Assembly (NCBI GenBank): GCA_026416125.1
Contig: JAOAFT010000003.1
Coordinates: 82,022 to 146,021, forward strand
From: Bacteroidota bacterium
GTDB lineage: Bacteria > Bacteroidota > Ignavibacteria > UBA10030
Direction of reading: 5' to 3'
Length of the DNA: 64,000 nt
A model generated the notes under the pieces. That model worked only from the letters and a program-made list of their open reading frames with translations. It did no database searches and was not told where the DNA came from. Position numbers and translations under genes: made by a program. Positions 29,258-39,385 of this stretch are shown here, piece by piece; position 1 is the stretch's first letter, and the number at the start of each line of letters is the position of its first letter.

Positions 29258-30655
29258 ATGGGATATATCATTTCTAAGGTCAAGCTACTCTTGCTTTTAC
29301 TTACTATTGTCAGTTGGACAGTAAGTTCACAAGTTGATTGGAGTACAAAAGAGGAAATACTACGACGGATCATCCCACCTACCTTCCCCTCACGTACGTT
29401 TGATGTAACACAGTACGGTGCTGTGGGTAATGGGAAAAAGGATTGTTCAAAAGCGTTTGCGAAAGCAATTGACGCATGTTCAAAAGCAGGTGGAGGAACT
29501 GTGTTAGTACCAGCTGGAAAATATCTAACTGGTCCGATTGTACTTAAAAGTAATGTGAACTTGCACGTTGCGAAAGATGCGGAGATTCTCTTTTTTACCG
29601 ACCCTGATAAGTATTTGCCGGTTGTTTTCAGTCGGTGGGAGGGGGTTGAATGTATGAATTATTCGCCGTTGATTTACGCAATGGAACAGGAGAACATTGC
29701 AATTACGGGAGAAGGGGTATTGAATGGACAGGCGTCGTTCGAAAATTGGTGGTCGTGGAAAGGGCCGTGGAAGTATGTAAAAGAAGTAAAAGGTCCCACC
29801 CAACGAGAAGCACGCGCGAAACTGTTCCAAATGGCTGAAGATGGTGTTCCTGTAGAGAAACGGATATTTGGTAAAGGATCCTATCTTCGACCAAATTTTT
29901 TCATGCCTTACAAGTGCAAAAACGTTCTTGTTGAAGGTGTAACATTTAAAGATTCTCCTATGTGGTTCCTCAACCCGGTTCTATGCACGAATGTTTCGTT
30001 CATCAATGTAAAAACTATTGGATTAGGTCCTAATAACGATGGTATCGATCCTGAGTCATGTAAAGATGTTCTCATTCGAGGATGCTACTTCGATAATGGG
30101 GATGATTGTATTGCAATCAAATCTGGTCGAAATGCCGATGGGCGACGGATCAATGTTCCTTGTGAGAATATTATAGTTGAAAATTGTATAATGAAAAATG
30201 GTCATGGAGGAGTTTCCATCGGTAGTGAACTCTCTGGTGGTGTACGGAATGTGTTCATTGAGAATAACCTCATGGATAGTCCAAATCTTGATCGAGCGCT
30301 CCGGATTAAAACGAATGCGATGCGCGGTGGAGTTGTGGAGAATGTTTTCATGCGAAACTGTAAAGTTGGACAAGTAGCAGAGTCGGCAATAAAAATTGAT
30401 TTCTACTACGAAGAAGGTGAACGCGGTAATTTTACGCCAATTGTACGGAGTGTGTTTATTGATAGTATCGAGTGTCAAAAAGTCCCCTATGCTATCTGGA
30501 TTAAGGCGTTTAAACACTCACCTGCAACAAATGTTCGAATTACTAACTGTACCTTCAATGATGTTGCAAATGCAAATGTTATCGAGAATGTTAAAAATTT
30601 CGATCTAATAAATGTCGTTGTTAATAATCGACATACAAGTGAAAAAAGTAAGTAA
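29258..30655 (+). CDS. Glycoside hydrolase family 28 (polygalacturonase / exo-polygalacturonase) with signal peptide
   Basis: ATG at 29258 begins signal peptide MGYIISKVKLLLLLLTIVSWTVSSQ (ORF track begins at GTG 29213). GH28 motifs NDGIDPESC, GDDCIAIKSG, GHGGVSIGSE, RIK. Confidence 0.85.
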   Translation: MGYIISKVKLLLLLLTIVSWTVSSQVDWSTKEEILRRIIPPTFPSRTFDVTQYGAVGNGKKDCSKAFAKAIDACSKAGGGTVLVPAGKYLTGPIVLKSNVNLHVAKDAEILFFTDPDKYLPVVFSRWEGVECMNYSPLIYAMEQENIAITGEGVLNGQASFENWWSWKGPWKYVKEVKGPTQREARAKLFQMAEDGVPVEKRIFGKGSYLRPNFFMPYKCKNVLVEGVTFKDSPMWFLNPVLCTNVSFINVKTIGLGPNNDGIDPESCKDVLIRGCYFDNGDDCIAIKSGRNADGRRINVPCENIIVENCIMKNGHGGVSIGSELSGGVRNVFIENNLMDSPNLDRALRIKTNAMRGGVVENVFMRNCKVGQVAESAIKIDFYYEEGERGNFTPIVRSVFIDSIECQKVPYAIWIKAFKHSPATNVRITNCTFNDVANANVIENVKNFDLINVVVNNRHTSEKSK

Positions 30656-30689
30656 TTATTAACGTGTTATAAGGAACGAAGGAGTACAA

Positions 30690-33593
30690 ATGGCAAAGCG
30701 AGCATTCATATCTCTAGTGATTGTTTGCGCACTTTTTTGTGTAGCGCACAATGTTCTATTTGCACAAACCGGCGGTAAACTTGCTGGCGTCGTAACTGAT
30801 GAACAAACCGGTGAACCACTTATTGGAGCAAACGTTGTTGTACGTGGTACAAGCCTTGGTGCATCAACAGACCTCGATGGGAACTACTTTGTTCTCAATA
30901 TTCCAGCTGGGAAGTACGAAGTACAGGTATCGATGGTTGGTTACGAACGAGTAATTGTACGTGATGTAATTATCAATTCGGGCCGTACAACAACTCTCAA
31001 TGTCCAGTTGAAACAAACTGCGATTGAACAAGAAGCTGTGGTGGTTGAAGCTGTACGCCCTGACGTTGAGAAAGAAAAAACGTCAACAAGTGCTGTCGTT
31101 CGACCTGAAGAAGTACAGTCCCTTGCAGGGGTACGTGATGTTGCCGATGTAATTGGGTTGGCTGCGGATGTGACAGATGGCCACTTCCGTGGAGGTCGTA
31201 CTAACGAGGAACTCTATGTTCTCCAAGGTATGGGGATTAACAATCCGCTCGATAATTCCTCGGCGTTTATGCCAATTGTGAGCGCCGTAGAGGAAATCGA
31301 AGTTATTACGAGTGGATTTGATGCACAGTACGGTAATGCGCAGTCCGGTGTTGTGAATATTACTATGAAAGAGGGAAAACCAGACAAATGGCGTTCTCGG
31401 TTTGAATCTCGTGTGAAGATGCCCGGGAATAAATACTGGGGACCAAGCCCTTTCGATGTAAAAGCGCAACCATACCTTTTGAAACTTTCTAATTCAAACT
31501 TTTGGCGATATGGGGATTTTAGCAATGGCTATCAGCCATTAATGAACTGGATGAATATGCTTTTCGCTGGGGATACTAATGTGATGGTACATGCAACGCG
31601 AGTTGTGTGGGACAAAATTACTTCACGCGACATTAATAAAGATTATTCAAGAAAACTCGATTATTCATTCGAAGGTGCAACCGGTGGGCCGATTGATAAC
31701 GGCGTAACAATGTTCATTGCATTTCGATCAAACGTTGAAAGCCCAATTTTACCAACTGAAGAACCGGATCAACAACGACAAGTAATGGGGAATATTGCGT
31801 TTGATCTCGGTTCAGGTGCTGCATTCAAAGTAAGTGGTGGTTATCAACAGCAATACGAAAATTATTTTGGTGGTGGAACTGCGTTCTATAATTACGTATG
31901 GGATCGAATTCTTGGTATTCAGTACAGGCTCCGTACAAACCATCAACTAGGTTTCCGATTTACGAAAGCGCTCAGTGCAAAATCGTTCTACGACATTAAA
32001 TTGAATTCATTGAGAACAGAAAACAGGCTTGGGTCCACACCGTGGTACGATGTTATTACAGATGCAGTAAGGAATATGGAGACTGGTACGGCAATTATAA
32101 CACGGACCGGAAACTTGCTCTACTATCAAAATATAACAGGTAAAACATTTTCCTACCTTGGCAATAACTATGGTAATTTCCAGAACGAGCGAACAATCAC
32201 TGTCTCGCTCGATGCATCGTATACCAATCAAATTACAACTTCACATTTACTTAATGCAGGTATCCAAGCGAATTACTACGTTCTTCGTGTTGATAATATT
32301 GGTAGTATTAACTCGAAGGGAAGCATTACACAAACAAAGTATACAGGATATCCGTGGGAAGCAGGAATCTACGTGCAAGATAAGATGGAATTTGAAGGGA
32401 TGATTGCAAAAGTTGGGTTGCGCTGGGATGTATGGAACTCTAACAATTGGTACTACGAAGACATGTTCAATCCATTCAATGTACGAGATGCTCAGGGAAA
32501 TGTGACAGACGTTCAAGACCCAGAACGTGCACCAAAGAAAAAAGCAAAGCCTGTTGGTCGATTGCAACCACGAATAGGTATTTCCTTCCCTGTTTCGATG
32601 ACCACTGTTTTTCACTTGAACTACGGTACCTTCCTGCAACGACCTCCATTCCAGTACATGATCGGAAGCAGGATGAACATGTTATCCACAACTACAACAC
32701 CAAATACGCTTGGGAATCCGCGACTTGAACCACAATCCACGAACTCATACGATGTTGGAGTTATGCAGGGATTGGGAGAAGGATTTACACTTGATGTGAG
32801 CGGCTGGTATAAGGATGTTAAACACCTTGTTGAACAAGTTATCTTCACAGATCAGATTCGTGGTGTTTCCTACAACTCATACTTTAATAGGGATTATGCG
32901 GATATTCGCGGGTTCAGAGTTGTGTTAACGAAACGCCGTGGTGTACTGACAGGTTCATTAAATTATCAATACAGTGTTGCAACTGGGAAGAGTTCGTCAC
33001 CGGTGAATGCACCATGGGGTATTAAACGGGACCTCCAGGGTAACGTATCGACAGATATTTCAAAAGTGCCGCTTCGTGATGTTTTGTTGAACTTCGATCG
33101 TACACACAATCTCATTCTTACTTTAGCGTATGCCACTGGTGAGAAGTGGGGGCCAAAATTCTTCGATGTTTACCCATTCTCGTCAATGGTGTTTTCGGTT
33201 CGTAGTTTTGCCCGCAGTGGACGTCCCTATACACCATCCGGACAGGCGACAGAAATTAACACACGTCGAACGCCGAATGAGTACGAAACAAACATACGCA
33301 TAACAAAAACACTGAAGAAGTTTTTAGGAATGCAAGCATCCATATATGCTGAAATCTTCAATGTCTTCAACAACAAGATTTACGACTACAACTATGTTTT
33401 CAATACAGCAAACAAAACTGATGCCAACCAGATTCTCGTTCACTACGAACGATATCCATTTGAAGATATGACAAATGGAATTTTGTACTACGATAACTAT
33501 GCTGAAGGTACTGGGTTTGCGTGCGATCACTCCTTTGTTTTATATGATAATAGTCCTCGCTCATTTTATGTTGGTATTTCGATAGAGTTTTAA
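30690..33593 (+). CDS. TonB-dependent outer-membrane receptor with N-terminal carboxypeptidase-regulatory-like domain
   Basis: Signal peptide, CarbopepD_reg-like domain (GKLAGVVTDEQTGEPLIGANVVV...GKYEVQVSMVGYE), plug region, long beta-barrel, and C-terminal aromatic residue (SIEF). Confidence 0.8.
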   Translation: MAKRAFISLVIVCALFCVAHNVLFAQTGGKLAGVVTDEQTGEPLIGANVVVRGTSLGASTDLDGNYFVLNIPAGKYEVQVSMVGYERVIVRDVIINSGRTTTLNVQLKQTAIEQEAVVVEAVRPDVEKEKTSTSAVVRPEEVQSLAGVRDVADVIGLAADVTDGHFRGGRTNEELYVLQGMGINNPLDNSSAFMPIVSAVEEIEVITSGFDAQYGNAQSGVVNITMKEGKPDKWRSRFESRVKMPGNKYWGPSPFDVKAQPYLLKLSNSNFWRYGDFSNGYQPLMNWMNMLFAGDTNVMVHATRVVWDKITSRDINKDYSRKLDYSFEGATGGPIDNGVTMFIAFRSNVESPILPTEEPDQQRQVMGNIAFDLGSGAAFKVSGGYQQQYENYFGGGTAFYNYVWDRILGIQYRLRTNHQLGFRFTKALSAKSFYDIKLNSLRTENRLGSTPWYDVITDAVRNMETGTAIITRTGNLLYYQNITGKTFSYLGNNYGNFQNERTITVSLDASYTNQITTSHLLNAGIQANYYVLRVDNIGSINSKGSITQTKYTGYPWEAGIYVQDKMEFEGMIAKVGLRWDVWNSNNWYYEDMFNPFNVRDAQGNVTDVQDPERAPKKKAKPVGRLQPRIGISFPVSMTTVFHLNYGTFLQRPPFQYMIGSRMNMLSTTTTPNTLGNPRLEPQSTNSYDVGVMQGLGEGFTLDVSGWYKDVKHLVEQVIFTDQIRGVSYNSYFNRDYADIRGFRVVLTKRRGVLTGSLNYQYSVATGKSSSPVNAPWGIKRDLQGNVSTDISKVPLRDVLLNFDRTHNLILTLAYATGEKWGPKFFDVYPFSSMVFSVRSFARSGRPYTPSGQATEINTRRTPNEYETNIRITKTLKKFLGMQASIYAEIFNVFNNKIYDYNYVFNTANKTDANQILVHYERYPFEDMTNGILYYDNYAEGTGFACDHSFVLYDNSPRSFYVGISIEF

Positions 33594-33626
33594 TGAAACG
33601 TTAAACCATTATTGTGGGATATAACT

Positions 33627-35993
33627 ATGAAAAGAATTAGTGTTTTATTCTTAAGTGTGCTAACTATAGTAAGCGTTCTCTATGCTCAACGGGATTACCG
33701 TGTTCATAGGCGGTCAATGCTCCATCAAACAATTTACAACACTGGTGAAATTGGCAGAGCTCTTGATGCAAATGCATCAACGACGAACGGTGTTCCAAAG
33801 TTACCAGAAGGAAGTTTCCCAGCAACATTAGCGTCGTGGGAATGGCCGCCGTTTGGGTATCAAATTCTCGATGGAATTGAGTATTGGGGCCATCACAATT
33901 CATTTGGTGCAGGGATTCTCTTTAGTGCAGATATTCCTACTACAACTGGTGTTGTAAATGTACGCCGTGCATGCGGTGCTGTTACCGATGGCGCTGGAAA
34001 TAGTACACAAGTTGCAGGGATTTATGTTGTACCAGGGTCGATTACTCGTACGGAGAATTATCCTGTTCTTGCTGATGGATCGCTCAACCCGAATTACAAT
34101 CCGAATGAGGCAGAAGAAATTATAACAACGACCTATCGCACAACTGATCCGATGAAACTTCAGATTACCCAAACAAGCCGGGCATGGAGTTACCCAGGAT
34201 ATGACTCCTTTATAATTATTGAATACGAAATTGTGAATGTTGATACAGTTGACTATACCAACGGTTTTGTGATGTTTGGTGAAGCGATTGCGCCTTCTGC
34301 GTTTGGAATGCAGCGGAAGTATGCATTGTGGAATGAATCATCAAACACAACACGTGCACAGGAGGTGTACGCTCGTTACAACTTTACTCGATATCTTTCA
34401 TACGTACACACACGGAATGGATTCCCAGATAAAGATTATTTCAACATGTGGTCTACTCCAGGCAATAGGGGTGGCTTGAATGCTCCACAGGCCGTTGGGT
34501 ACATGATTCTACGGTATGATACGAACAACATTCAAACAAAAGACATGTTTACTTATGCTCGAAGCGATAGTGCTGTTGTTTGGGACGAACAGGGAAGATT
34601 CAAGCAACCATGGATTACTCAGCAGATACCGAATAGAAATCAGGATTTAAGTGATTCGCGGCTAGGTGCACTCATGATGATATCAAACCGTCCATTTTCA
34701 GGCTTTGATTTTCGGAGCGGGAGAACTGACTCGACTAACTGGGCAAATTTCTACTACCCCTATGCATCTGTTAATCCGGCGAAGAATTTGGAACTTATGA
34801 AATACTGGCATGGTCGTATACGACCACGAGCAACAGGTACCGGAAATTATTCGCAAACAACATTGCACTATACAACATTTGGCCCCTATGTTTTTAAAAA
34901 GAATGTGCGGATGAAATTTGCTATTGCCCAGTTAGTGGGCTACGGTCCTGGTATCGCAACTGATACAGTTTACCGTGATGCAGGAGGTTTTGCGACTGAA
35001 ACTGGATATTCAACGGGTGGATTCAAACCAGTAGTTAGTTGGTATGATTCCATCTCCTATCCTGGTATTCATGCGACCTTTACTCACATGGGGAGCGCAT
35101 ATTTAAAAACACACCCATTACCATGGTATGTAACAGGGAAAATATCAAATCTTGATCCGGAACCTGTTATCTCCCTACGGCAAGTTGCGGATCGAGCTAT
35201 TCAAATGTATACAGGTCAACCATACAAAAATTACAACGAAGAACAATACAAACCGGAATATGCACCTGCATCAGGTGTTTACAAGTCAGCTTATATTCCG
35301 ATTCCAGCACCAGCTATTGATGTTTACAATGCAGCTGACATGAAAAATAAAATTGTATGGTCACCATCGGTTGAAGATTTTACGTCGCTATCCCAAATCA
35401 GAACAGCTATCGGTGAAGGTAGAGTACGTTCGGGTCTTAAACACTATCTTGTATTGAAAGCAGAAAAACCGTTAGGTCCTTGGAAAGTTCTCGATAGTGT
35501 AAAGGTACGAGACCCTCGATATTTCAATGCTGATATTCAATACCCAGGGTACTACGTTGTACGTGACACATCGAGTTTGTTGAACGAGAATTACTTCTAC
35601 TGTGTTGTGTCTGTTGATTCTACTGGGGGTCGAAGTGGTATGACGAATATTACCTATCACGCAACACAAAAAGGTGCTGTGTCAAAATTGTCGAAAGTGT
35701 ATGTTGCACCAAACCCACTTATACTGACGGCGAATTTTGGTGGATATACTACGCAGGGCGATATTTACGATAAAATTGGATTTTTTGGATTATCACCGAA
35801 GTGTGATATTCGAATCTTTTCCTATAGTGGTCAGTTAATTGCAACCATTCACCATCGGTCAGATACATACTCCACAGAATGGTTCCAAATATCGAGAAGT
35901 GAACAAAGAATTGCCTCGGGTGTTTACTTCTATGTTGTAGAAGATTTGGTCACAGGCGATCGTGTTCATGGTAAGTTTGTCATAATTCATTGA
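33627..35993 (+). CDS. Aromatic-rich hypothetical surface protein (about 790 aa) with T9SS type-A C-terminal sorting domain
   Basis: ATG at 33627 (MKRISVLFLSVLTIVSVLYAQ signal peptide). The C-terminal roughly 90 aa match the Por_Secre_tail pattern (VYVAPNPLIL...DIRIFSYSGQLIATI...GVYFYVVEDLVTGDRVHGKFVIIH). The body is very rich in W, Y and N and has no family I can assign. Confidence 0.6.
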   Translation: MKRISVLFLSVLTIVSVLYAQRDYRVHRRSMLHQTIYNTGEIGRALDANASTTNGVPKLPEGSFPATLASWEWPPFGYQILDGIEYWGHHNSFGAGILFSADIPTTTGVVNVRRACGAVTDGAGNSTQVAGIYVVPGSITRTENYPVLADGSLNPNYNPNEAEEIITTTYRTTDPMKLQITQTSRAWSYPGYDSFIIIEYEIVNVDTVDYTNGFVMFGEAIAPSAFGMQRKYALWNESSNTTRAQEVYARYNFTRYLSYVHTRNGFPDKDYFNMWSTPGNRGGLNAPQAVGYMILRYDTNNIQTKDMFTYARSDSAVVWDEQGRFKQPWITQQIPNRNQDLSDSRLGALMMISNRPFSGFDFRSGRTDSTNWANFYYPYASVNPAKNLELMKYWHGRIRPRATGTGNYSQTTLHYTTFGPYVFKKNVRMKFAIAQLVGYGPGIATDTVYRDAGGFATETGYSTGGFKPVVSWYDSISYPGIHATFTHMGSAYLKTHPLPWYVTGKISNLDPEPVISLRQVADRAIQMYTGQPYKNYNEEQYKPEYAPASGVYKSAYIPIPAPAIDVYNAADMKNKIVWSPSVEDFTSLSQIRTAIGEGRVRSGLKHYLVLKAEKPLGPWKVLDSVKVRDPRYFNADIQYPGYYVVRDTSSLLNENYFYCVVSVDSTGGRSGMTNITYHATQKGAVSKLSKVYVAPNPLILTANFGGYTTQGDIYDKIGFFGLSPKCDIRIFSYSGQLIATIHHRSDTYSTEWFQISRSEQRIASGVYFYVVEDLVTGDRVHGKFVIIH

Positions 35994-36011
35994 TGGAAGG
36001 ATGAAAGAGCA

Positions 36012-37046
36012 ATGAAGAGTAACAAAAAAATATTTTTCAGTGTTTTTGCGCTACTTCTCGTTATTTCGACGATAACAAGTGCGCAAAAAGTTGGTAGCAC
36101 ATCTATGCAATTTCTTAAAGTCATGCCAGTAGCCCGAGCAACAGCTATGGGGGATGCCTATGCTGTTTGGGCAAAAGGTGCTGAAGCAGTATTTTGGAAC
36201 CCTGCTGGCCTTCAATATACAAATGGTAATGAACTCACAATGACTTACGTACAATGGATTTTTGATACATACCAAGGAGCATTTGCATATGCACGATCAT
36301 TAGGTATGTGGGGTTCACTTGGTCTCCAATTGCAATATGTCGACTTTGGTACATTCGATGAAGCTGTGTGGGTTCCACCGTATAACCAAGATCTCAATAC
36401 ACCTGGCTTAACGGGACGTACGTTCCGTCCTTATAGTTATTTAGTTGGTATTAGCTATGCAAATGCTTTGACCGATAAGTTTACAACGGGACTAACAGTA
36501 AAATACGCTCACGAGTCACTCTATAATGATAAAGAAGTTGAAGTGTGGATCTACCACCCTGATACATCAAAGATAAAAGTGAAGACGTGGGCCAATGTGG
36601 TACTCTTCGATTATGGTATTCATTATAAAACTGGCTACCGAACGATTGAAATTGCAGCGTCGATCCAAAATTTTGGCCCTAATGTCAAGTATGGTAAAGA
36701 AGATCACCCTGCACCCCTCTCGTTCCGCATAGGTATTGCAGGCGATCTCATGGGGCCTGACGCATTGTTGTTCAAGAGTGAGAACAGTCGGTTAGGTATG
36801 GAGTTTGACATTTTCCACCCAAATGATTATACACAACAGTACCACATTGGTGCAGAGTATGAGTTTGCTCAACTCATAGCACTTCGTGCTGGATATAAAC
36901 TCAATTACGATGCCGATGGGTTTACTGCTGGACTTGGTATTAAACAAACGCTTGGCACTGTTCGGTTCGCATTCGATTACAGCTTTGGGATGTTAAATTA
37001 CCATCTTGGAAATGTTCACAGAATAAGTTTAGGAGTGGGATTCTAA
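36012..37046 (+). CDS. Outer-membrane beta-barrel protein, FadL/PorV/PorQ/SprF-superfamily-like
   Basis: Signal peptide. N-terminal motif ARATAMGDAYAVWAKGAEAVFWNPAGL (a FadL/PorV-type AxMGGAY...NPAxL signature). Alternating amphipathic strands and a C-terminal aromatic residue (SLGVGF). Confidence 0.55.
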   Translation: MKSNKKIFFSVFALLLVISTITSAQKVGSTSMQFLKVMPVARATAMGDAYAVWAKGAEAVFWNPAGLQYTNGNELTMTYVQWIFDTYQGAFAYARSLGMWGSLGLQLQYVDFGTFDEAVWVPPYNQDLNTPGLTGRTFRPYSYLVGISYANALTDKFTTGLTVKYAHESLYNDKEVEVWIYHPDTSKIKVKTWANVVLFDYGIHYKTGYRTIEIAASIQNFGPNVKYGKEDHPAPLSFRIGIAGDLMGPDALLFKSENSRLGMEFDIFHPNDYTQQYHIGAEYEFAQLIALRAGYKLNYDADGFTAGLGIKQTLGTVRFAFDYSFGMLNYHLGNVHRISLGVGF

Positions 37047-38605
37047 TGAAACAGCACATACTCAATTTTGGATTCTATATTCTCATTGCTACATTTGGAA
37101 TTGTTAGCAATGTGTACTCACAAGAGGGTACATCTCTCAAGATGCAAGGGTTGAATTATTATACAAACCAATCTACAATCTCACGGGCAATGGGTGGTGT
37201 GACAGTTGGATTAAAAAATGAACCAACGTTAATGTACCTTAACCCAGCAATGCTAACCTCAATATCTGGGGTTAAATTTTCTGTTGGTGGGTATTGGCAA
37301 AAAAATAGTAAGAATCAAAATCAACAATTTGGTACATTACAAGGACATGCTGGTGCTGTATTTCTATTCCAGGGCATAACATCACAAATTCCTGATCCAG
37401 ATTTCAGTTTGGTAACGAAACGCAGACTCACACAAGAGGATTCTATTCAACGGCCATTCGATAATTTAGGTCCATATTGGAGTAGAGAAAAGAATTTCAC
37501 TTTACCACTTCAGTTTTTTGCAGTTTCACCATTTAAAGTTGGTGACTATAAAGTTGTTGTTGGTATTGGTGCAGTAGAGTATGCCAATTTATATTGGTAT
37601 TACTGCAATAATAATGCGCTTTCTCCAAATGTACTTGATGTTGCAACCTATGGAACAATTCGTACACAAAACTTACCACGGAACGATACCATTGTCACAG
37701 CAACAAAACCCTACCCGGTATATTGGAACAAATACTATCAATATAGGAATGGATCAATTAATGGGTATGGTGGTGCCGTTGCAGTAGAACTATCACCAAG
37801 GTTTTCACTAGGCGTAAGTGGTATGTACCTTGATGGTGAAACAACGGATGAAGAAGGACAACAAGGACGTGGAAGAATGTTGTTCTTTTATAACTCAATA
37901 CGCCTTGATAAGTATGGAATGACAACTTATAAAACACGAGGTAAATCGACATACAGTGGCTTTGAATTTATCGTAAGTGGTACATACACATCGCCCTATA
38001 TTCAGGTAGGTTTCTCATTAAAACCACCGACGACGCTAGAACGTAAGTTTAACTACTCTTATTGGAAAGACTCAGTTGCAGCGACAAAAAGACTTGATTC
38101 CAAAGCCGATTCAATTCACATCATAACAACTTCATATCCAAGTGGAAATGATAAAATGGAATTACCACTCCGTGGATCATTAGGAATTGCGATTACTATT
38201 AAAGAAAATATTCTTGTTGCTTTTGAGTATGAAGTTAATCCGTACGCTTCTGCAACGTATATTGCCCCAAATGGAATATCCTCAAAGCCATGGTTGTCGT
38301 CCTCCACAATGAAGTTCGGTGCAGAATGGAACGTTGTTGAGTGGTTAAAACTTCGTGGTGGCATGCGACAAGTGGGTGAAGTGTTTCAACCTGCGACTAA
38401 TCCACTCCGTGGTGAAAACGTTAAGTACCCGGTATACTCACTTGGGTGTGGTGTAACTGCATTTGGCGCAACACTGAACATAACGTATGAATATTCTGAT
38501 CGACGGTATACCGATACATGGTCGAATGCTGCGAGTATTAATCATCAGTATGTCCATACAATTGTTGCTGACATGACATACCAACTGCCATTTCTTCTAT
38601 GGTAG
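37046..38605 (+). CDS. Second FadL/PorV-like outer-membrane beta-barrel protein (519 aa)
   Basis: Start overlaps the previous stop. Signal peptide. N-terminal SRAMGGVTVGLKNEPTLMYLNPAML is paralogous to the preceding gene's motif. Ends with the aromatic YQLPFLLW. Confidence 0.5.
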   Translation: MKQHILNFGFYILIATFGIVSNVYSQEGTSLKMQGLNYYTNQSTISRAMGGVTVGLKNEPTLMYLNPAMLTSISGVKFSVGGYWQKNSKNQNQQFGTLQGHAGAVFLFQGITSQIPDPDFSLVTKRRLTQEDSIQRPFDNLGPYWSREKNFTLPLQFFAVSPFKVGDYKVVVGIGAVEYANLYWYYCNNNALSPNVLDVATYGTIRTQNLPRNDTIVTATKPYPVYWNKYYQYRNGSINGYGGAVAVELSPRFSLGVSGMYLDGETTDEEGQQGRGRMLFFYNSIRLDKYGMTTYKTRGKSTYSGFEFIVSGTYTSPYIQVGFSLKPPTTLERKFNYSYWKDSVAATKRLDSKADSIHIITTSYPSGNDKMELPLRGSLGIAITIKENILVAFEYEVNPYASATYIAPNGISSKPWLSSSTMKFGAEWNVVEWLKLRGGMRQVGEVFQPATNPLRGENVKYPVYSLGCGVTAFGATLNITYEYSDRRYTDTWSNAASINHQYVHTIVADMTYQLPFLLW

Positions 38606-38654
38606 TATAATGACATTGTTTGTTAGGAATGTATAACAAGAAGGAAGTGAATCT

Positions 38655-39302
38655 ATGAGAAAACGAAAGCTAGTTTTGGTGGTATTACTAGTACCAATCA
38701 TAACATATTCGCAGGGACTGACGTTAACTTTTGGTGGTGGACTTTCAGTCCCGTTGAGTGAGAATAACATGTCGAAGTACTTTAAAACAACGACTAAATT
38801 TATGTTTGCTGATTGTTGGAACTATGGTTTCAATCTCACAGCAGGTATTGATTACAAATTTAATGAACAATTTACCGCGTTTGCTACTGTAGACTATAGT
38901 TCTTTTTCAGTGAATAAGAGTATGGTATTAAAGCGACTTCGCCTTCCTGCAGGCACATATGTACAAGATGGCGAATTTACCACAGTCGCTGGGAAAGTAG
39001 GTATGCGGTACTACCTACCGGTTTACTTTATTGATAGAAACGTGAAACCATATATCTCAGCTAGTGCTGGCATAATGAATCTGGCAAGTGATAAATTGTA
39101 TGTACTCATCGATGCATATACGAACTTTGTTGCAGCATTCAAAAACAGCAATGTGCTCTGTGGCTCTTTGGGAGTCGGTGTTGATGTTATTGGCGGTGAA
39201 TCTTCTGCGTTATTTATTCAACTCGGTCTTGATGTAGCAAATACGAAAGGTGGGTCTCTCTACTATGTTCCTTTGATTGTAGGTTTTCGAGGAGCATTCT
39301 AA
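38655..39302 (+). CDS. Small outer-membrane beta-barrel protein (OmpA-like/OmpW-like, 215 aa)
   Basis: Signal peptide, 8-10 amphipathic beta-strands, and C-terminal ...GFRGAF. Confidence 0.5.
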   Translation: MRKRKLVLVVLLVPIITYSQGLTLTFGGGLSVPLSENNMSKYFKTTTKFMFADCWNYGFNLTAGIDYKFNEQFTAFATVDYSSFSVNKSMVLKRLRLPAGTYVQDGEFTTVAGKVGMRYYLPVYFIDRNVKPYISASAGIMNLASDKLYVLIDAYTNFVAAFKNSNVLCGSLGVGVDVIGGESSALFIQLGLDVANTKGGSLYYVPLIVGFRGAF

Positions 39303-39336
39303 ATGCTTTATGTTGTGTGAGGCTGTAAAATGTGAT

Positions 39337-39365
39337 ACGCACCACCCTGTGGTGCGTTTTTTTTG
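39337..39365 (+). terminator. Rho-independent terminator
   Basis: acgcaccac at 39337-39345 and gtggtgcgt at 39349-39357 form a 9-bp stem with a 3-nt loop, followed by a T9 run. Confidence 0.75.
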
Positions 39366-39385
39366 AGCATGGAGGAAAACCATTA

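Noticed and set aside
29101-29373. 90-aa ORF on the - strand overlapping the pectin-locus promoter and GH28 start
   Set aside because: Overlaps the signal-peptide region of GH28 on the opposite strand. No RBS and no recognisable motifs.
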